DNA of 20,000 nucleotides from an uncultured virus (IMG/VR IMGVR_UViG_3300040801_004110) (Duplodnaviria; Heunggongvirae; Uroviricota; Caudoviricetes), in the IMG/VR virus record IMGVR_UViG_3300040801_004110; one strand, 5' to 3'. The notes under the pieces are model-generated. The model was not told the DNA's origin, made no database searches, and was given only the letters and a program-made list of their open reading frames with translations. Position numbers and translations under genes: made by a program. Each line of letters opens with the position of its first letter. Position 1 is the stretch's first letter. Positions 15,906-20,000 of the stretch are shown piece by piece.

Positions 15906-16598
15906 ATGGTTGAAAAGATAAAAGATAAACTATCAGAATATGCTGAGTTTGATATAGGTAAGTTGGTAGATACTTCTGGTGGTAGGTACATAAGGATTTT
16001 TGGTGGGGCAATAAGAGATATTATAGCTGGTAAGGAAATACATGACATAGATGTTGTGATTGGATCAAAGTCTATGGAACACTGTGTTGATGTTTTGATA
16101 AATAATGGATATAAACTAAATCATAAGTTATGTACAAAAGATTGGAATAGCCTTTATTCTGATATAAGCATTATAAATGAACCACACACATGGATTAAAG
16201 GTGATAAAATAATTCAACTTATAAGACCTTCGGGTAGTTCATTGGGTAGTTATAGGAAATCTTTTTTAAACGTACTCCAAAGTGTGGACATACTGTGTTG
16301 TGGGGTTAGCTATGATGGTAAAAGTTTGTATGAAAATAAAGAAGGTGCTATCAATGATTGTTTATCTCACAAATTGACAGTTTGTGATAGCTCTTCTATG
16401 TATAATACCAAAAGGACTGATAAGCGGCTTCATAAGCTAGGATCAAGAGGATGGGGAAGGTTTGGAAAAGATAGATTAAGAAAATTAAATGATATTTTAG
16501 AACTGAAAAGTAACATATCCTTTATAAAAGAATATAATGTAAACAAAAATATTAAAAACCATATAACCAATAACTATATAGATGATGATATATGGTAG
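15906..16598 (+). CDS. Class II (CCA/poly(A) polymerase head-like) nucleotidyltransferase
   Basis: IFGGAIRDII...HDIDVV; degenerate motif B (SVDILCCGVSYD in place of RRDFTxNA). Confidence 0.75.
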   Translation: MVEKIKDKLSEYAEFDIGKLVDTSGGRYIRIFGGAIRDIIAGKEIHDIDVVIGSKSMEHCVDVLINNGYKLNHKLCTKDWNSLYSDISIINEPHTWIKGDKIIQLIRPSGSSLGSYRKSFLNVLQSVDILCCGVSYDGKSLYENKEGAINDCLSHKLTVCDSSSMYNTKRTDKRLHKLGSRGWGRFGKDRLRKLNDILELKSNISFIKEYNVNKNIKNHITNNYIDDDIW

Positions 16599-16616
16599 CA
16601 AAAAATAAACATAAAC

Positions 16617-16880
16617 ATGAAAGAAATTAGAATATTATTAAACGAAGCAACATTTACAAACTTATGCAAATCGGGTTTTGTGAGGTATAATCACCCAGAA
16701 ACAGGTAGGCATGATATACCAATTAGTAAAGAGGAGATAAAATCAATGACCAAGGGTAATATACTTGACAAAGAATCAGATGGACATTTTAGGATAGCCA
16801 TAGGTGATTTCGGCATTGATAATATAAAAGAAATTATAAAGAGATCACCATTGTATTCACAACTTTACTACGAGATGTAA
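16617..16880 (+). CDS. Hypothetical protein
   Basis: 87-aa ORF in an operon. Confidence 0.75.
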   Translation: MKEIRILLNEATFTNLCKSGFVRYNHPETGRHDIPISKEEIKSMTKGNILDKESDGHFRIAIGDFGIDNIKEIIKRSPLYSQLYYEM

Positions 16881-16882
16881 AT

Positions 16883-17335
16883 ATGGAAACCACAAAAATA
16901 TTATTATTAGGATTGTCCTTTCTTTCAGTTGGGTGCATATTAATGATCTTTATTATGATTAAAAAAAGTAATAAAAGATTATTAGAGGTAAATAAATTAA
17001 AGAGAGCAAATAAAAATTTGCGAAAAAAAATAAAAATATTTAGTTCGCCATTATACATAGGATGTAAATGTTTGATGAACAAATATGGTTTATATGTGGG
17101 TGAAAATAATTTTACTGTAGACTTAGAAGTTAAAATTTTGGAATATACTAATACAATGGCAAAAATAGAAGTTATAGAATGTCAAAGTGATAGTGATTAT
17201 TATCGAAGTAACAATCTAAAAAATAATGTCATTAATTACATGGATAACAAGTGGGTTAAAATTTCTTCATTAGATATAATAAAGAATAAAAGTTACGATA
17301 GATCTAAAAAAATAGATAATATGCTTGGTCAGTAA
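16883..17335 (+). CDS. Membrane-anchored hypothetical protein ending in the RSKKIDNML tag
   Basis: N-terminal TM helix, short coiled coil, beta-rich domain. Confidence 0.75.
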   Translation: METTKILLLGLSFLSVGCILMIFIMIKKSNKRLLEVNKLKRANKNLRKKIKIFSSPLYIGCKCLMNKYGLYVGENNFTVDLEVKILEYTNTMAKIEVIECQSDSDYYRSNNLKNNVINYMDNKWVKISSLDIIKNKSYDRSKKIDNMLGQ

Positions 17336-17880
17336 TTAATTGTTAAAACCTTGAATTTATCTATATTTATATGATAATATAGTCTTATAAAATTATCTTC
17401 TAGTTCTTCCATATTGTTGTGAATTAATATTTCACTTTTTTCACCAACAATAATATAGTTATCCAAACTATCATTTACGAAAATATCACAATCTAATTTT
17501 AATATACTTTTCACATCAGTACTTGTTATAACAAAAGATTTTTGAGTTATAATATCGTTGATCTCTTTGGATATTTTAGATGGATAGGTATTAAAAATTT
17601 TAGAAAAAAATCCGACATTAATATCATTTTCACTAGCTTTAGATAAAATATGATCTGTCAAGCTCATTTCTTCTGATAGCATAAGGCTGTAACAATCTTT
17701 ACACACCACTATATTATCTAAATCATAAGATACACGAGTTATTTTATTTTTAACCTCATCGTTTTCCTTATACACTTCTTCTGTTTTAATCTTGTATGGA
17801 TTAGAATCTACATAAGTTATTTTTGAGAAAAAGTCTTTGAGGTCTTTTTCAAATATATCAGAAACCTTATCCAATTTCAT
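17329..17880 (-). CDS. Hypothetical protein
   Basis: 183-aa ORF overlapping the upstream gene. Confidence 0.75.
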   Translation of the reverse strand: MKLDKVSDIFEKDLKDFFSKITYVDSNPYKIKTEEVYKENDEVKNKITRVSYDLDNIVVCKDCYSLMLSEEMSLTDHILSKASENDINVGFFSKIFNTYPSKISKEINDIITQKSFVITSTDVKSILKLDCDIFVNDSLDNYIIVGEKSEILIHNNMEELEDNFIRLYYHINIDKFKVLTINY

Positions 17881-18412
17881 ACAATCTAGCCTCGTATATT
17901 TTGTTCATCTTAGACTTTATGTCAGATGATAATTTAGAGCTTTCTACTAACTTAATATAGTCTTTTAATGTTGATGATTCTGTTATGTTATCAGCTTTTT
18001 CTTTAACCACCATTAACAAACTTTCTTCATCACTAGAGTAGTTATTTATTAAGCTTTCAAATTTAGATCTACTATTTAATGAAGTAGATTTTGATTTTAT
18101 AGAATCTATTTTATTATCAATAGCTTCCCAATCATTTACACTCTTTTTAAGCGATTCTAAAAGAGCTATTTGCTTTTCCGAGCTATCACTAGATAAAAAG
18201 TCTAATAATGCCTCTGCTAGCATTTCTTTACCCTCTATTGTGACACTACCAGATAAATATCTATCATCAACAGGACCGTAGCTCTGAACCTTTAAAAATC
18301 TTTCCATCAAAGAAATCATTTTTTGTTTTAATTCCAAAGCTTCATCCACTGATTTAATTTCTTTTGGTTCAGTATTTATCTTCTGATTTATAGAGTTGCT
18401 AAATTTTTTCAT
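17867..18412 (-). CDS. Hypothetical alpha-helical protein
   Basis: 181 aa; TTAATATATA at 18432-18441 upstream. Confidence 0.8.
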   Translation of the reverse strand: MKKFSNSINQKINTEPKEIKSVDEALELKQKMISLMERFLKVQSYGPVDDRYLSGSVTIEGKEMLAEALLDFLSSDSSEKQIALLESLKKSVNDWEAIDNKIDSIKSKSTSLNSRSKFESLINNYSSDEESLLMVVKEKADNITESSTLKDYIKLVESSKLSSDIKSKMNKIYEARLYEIG

Positions 18413-18431
18413 ATATATTTTATATTTATGA

Positions 18432-18468
18432 TATATATTAATTAATGCTATCCCAATTATAATATATA
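18432..18468. promoter_or_regulatory. Divergent TAATATATA boxes (minus 18432-18441, plus 18460-18468)
   Basis: The plus box ends 4 nt before the ATG at 18473; the minus box is 19 nt before the ATG at 18412. Confidence 0.65.
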
Positions 18469-18472
18469 TTAT

Positions 18473-18844
18473 ATGATATACTTAAAATATATGAACGAGA
18501 ATTTTAATAACAATAAAAACAGTTTTGAAATAGGAGATGTTATTAGTTATAGAAAAATGGTTGATTATATACTTGATAATAATTTAAAGTCGGTAGATGG
18601 GTATATAGATTATAATGAAGCGAAAGATATTGCTGCTGCTTCTGATAATTGGACATTAGAAATGGTTGATCTAAGTACTTTTGACTGGGTTGTTGATTCT
18701 GACTGGGATAACACATCTATGAATGCTTATCCAATTGTCACTTTAATTGATAACAAATTTGAAGTTCTTGATGGAAAACATAGAATTGGTATGTTAAATG
18801 ATAAAGGCTATAAGAATTATCCTATGTGGGTAGGTAGAATGTAA
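18473..18844 (+). CDS. Stand-alone ParB/Srx N-terminal-domain protein with the N-terminal tag
   Basis: YPIV...FEVLDGKHR motif; no HTH region. Confidence 0.75.
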   Translation: MIYLKYMNENFNNNKNSFEIGDVISYRKMVDYILDNNLKSVDGYIDYNEAKDIAAASDNWTLEMVDLSTFDWVVDSDWDNTSMNAYPIVTLIDNKFEVLDGKHRIGMLNDKGYKNYPMWVGRM

Positions 18845-19060
18845 TTATATCTTAGATTTATATTCTTGAACATCAGATCTAACTTCTTGTGATATAGATT
18901 TTATTTCTTGCATTACTTTTCTGATTCTTCGACCAGCAGTTTTATTTGATTTTACAAAAAACTTATCAAACTCTTCTTGGAGTTTGTACTTCTTGCCATC
19001 TATTTCAATTTCCTCCGTTAGTATTTTTAGAAGTCTATCGTAGTTGTCCTGATATTCCAT
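18845..19060 (-). CDS. Histone H1-like (Hc1 family, Bacteroidota type) small DNA-binding protein
   Basis: KFFVKSNKTAGRRIRKVMQEIK...VR matches the NKxAGxRxRK signature; TTAATATATA at 19080-19089. Confidence 0.75.
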   Translation of the reverse strand: MEYQDNYDRLLKILTEEIEIDGKKYKLQEEFDKFFVKSNKTAGRRIRKVMQEIKSISQEVRSDVQEYKSKI

Positions 19061-19113
19061 TGGATCTAGTTATTTTAATTATATATTAAAGGACATTTGG
19101 TTCGGTATGTTAA

Positions 19114-19920
19114 TTAATAGTTAGTTATTATTATTTCCTCGGTTTCCTTATTGCCTTTTCTAGATACTTTATTATAGTTATAGTCTAATGTTTTAACTTT
19201 AAATTTATCGTTAATCAAATCATTAAGCAATGGAGAATCCTTACCATCGTGTTTTAAAGAACCCGAAAGCATAAAGGAAGATCCACACTTGTCTATGTTT
19301 TTAATATATTCGTATAATTTAGTGTCATCCCCTTTATTCCAGTATGCATTATAACCAGCTTCTGTATTTGAATAAGGTGGGTCTAGGTAATACATTATTT
19401 TACTAGAATCAATGTTTATATCTGAAAATCTACTGGAAGTGTATTTTATTCGATCCTTGTATTTTCTTATGTGTTCCTTAAATTCATCGACTTTCTTATC
19501 AGTGTTTTTATTCCACCCACGATTTCCATAAGTTTGATTGTAAAGAAATTTCCTATTAAACCTCATCATGTTATTTGTGGAACTTAGCATCAATGCCCAT
19601 AACTTAGCAGAATCTTTGTTATCATTGTAGTCTTTTCTTAACCAAAGAAATCCATCTTTATTATCCTTACCAGGGCATATAAGCTTAGTTCTTTCTATAA
19701 TATCATCAGAGTTCAATATTTCTTCGTGGATGCCGATTAAATCATATATGATATCGTTAGCAAGAACTTTGGAATATTTGTCTAATACATTTGTGTAAAC
19801 AGAACCACCCCCACAGAATAAGTCCACGAAACCTGGTTTTGTATAATCCATTTCTGGAATTATTTGTTCTAGTAATTTAAATTTACTCCCTGTGTAATTG
19901 AAGGGTGTCTGTATGTACAT
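19114..19920 (-). CDS. Dam-like D12-class N6-adenine DNA methyltransferase
   Basis: PFNYTGSK, FVDLFCGGGSV (motif I), ANDI, YLDPPY (motif IV), EIIITNY. Confidence 0.92.
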   Translation of the reverse strand: MYIQTPFNYTGSKFKLLEQIIPEMDYTKPGFVDLFCGGGSVYTNVLDKYSKVLANDIIYDLIGIHEEILNSDDIIERTKLICPGKDNKDGFLWLRKDYNDNKDSAKLWALMLSSTNNMMRFNRKFLYNQTYGNRGWNKNTDKKVDEFKEHIRKYKDRIKYTSSRFSDINIDSSKIMYYLDPPYSNTEAGYNAYWNKGDDTKLYEYIKNIDKCGSSFMLSGSLKHDGKDSPLLNDLINDKFKVKTLDYNYNKVSRKGNKETEEIIITNY

Positions 19921-19926
19921 ATTTTA

Positions 19927-20000
19927 TTATTCTATTTTAAAATGCTCTTTAAGCAACTCTCTACCTGTTTCTTTATCTTTAATAACATATTTAGCACTAC
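19927..20000 (-). CDS. 3' end of an upstream gene (...SAKYVIKDKETGRELLKEHFKIE*)
   Basis: Open frame from the window edge to TAA at 19927-19929. Confidence 0.6.
   Translation of the reverse strand, partial: SAKYVIKDKETGRELLKEHFKIE

Noticed and set aside
404..17082. Track ORFs 404..700, 1091..1306, 6547..6762, 8503..8871, 10678..10875, 10915..11103, 12597..12908, 15281..15466 and 16834..17082
   Set aside because: They are antisense shadows of better-supported genes, with S/L/I/F-rich composition and no promoter or leader signals.
1..20000. Stop-codon reassignment (TAG or TGA), as in some large phages
   Set aside because: Genes tile densely under code 11; phhA and the beta-class methyltransferase end at TAG at full length, and TGA also ends genes at sensible points.
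1..20000. CRISPR array, tRNA, rRNA, intron, intein or transposase
   Set aside because: I saw no regularly spaced repeats, cloverleaf or mobile-element motifs, and intergenic gaps are short and explained. tRNAscan and Infernal were not run.

Overview
Very AT-rich, densely coding, strand-switching segment that reads as part of a large (jumbo-type) tailed phage genome. The probable host is a Bacteroidota: intergenic TAnnTTTG -7 boxes, A-rich leaders without Shine-Dalgarno, and Bacteroidota-like phhA and Hc1 genes. The standard genetic code fits. Recognisable genes: two DNA methyltransferases, phenylalanine-4-hydroxylase (phhA), a papain-fold C1 peptidase with Ser at the catalytic Cys position, two HExxH zincin-like proteins, an ADP-ribosyltransferase-like protein, a gamma-glutamylcyclotransferase, a class II nucleotidyltransferase head domain, a ParB/Srx-like protein, DUF3307 and an Hc1-like protein. 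Most other genes are hypothetical. I found four short ORFs missing from the track, plus two partial genes at the window edges. The most striking structure is regulatory. Three promoter-like motif classes recur: TAnnTTTG, TAAACTT-N14/15-ATATAA and TAATATATA. Two of them are joined in a divergent cassette of fixed geometry (TATATATTAA-N10-TAnnTTTG, four copies). Two mutually exclusive peptide tags track promoter class: an N-terminal 'K-x-F-x-x-F-x-x-E'-like tag on TAATATATA genes and an 'R-x-x-K-[LI]-x-x-[ILM]' tag on genes of the other classes. All family calls come from motif recognition by eye; no searches were run.
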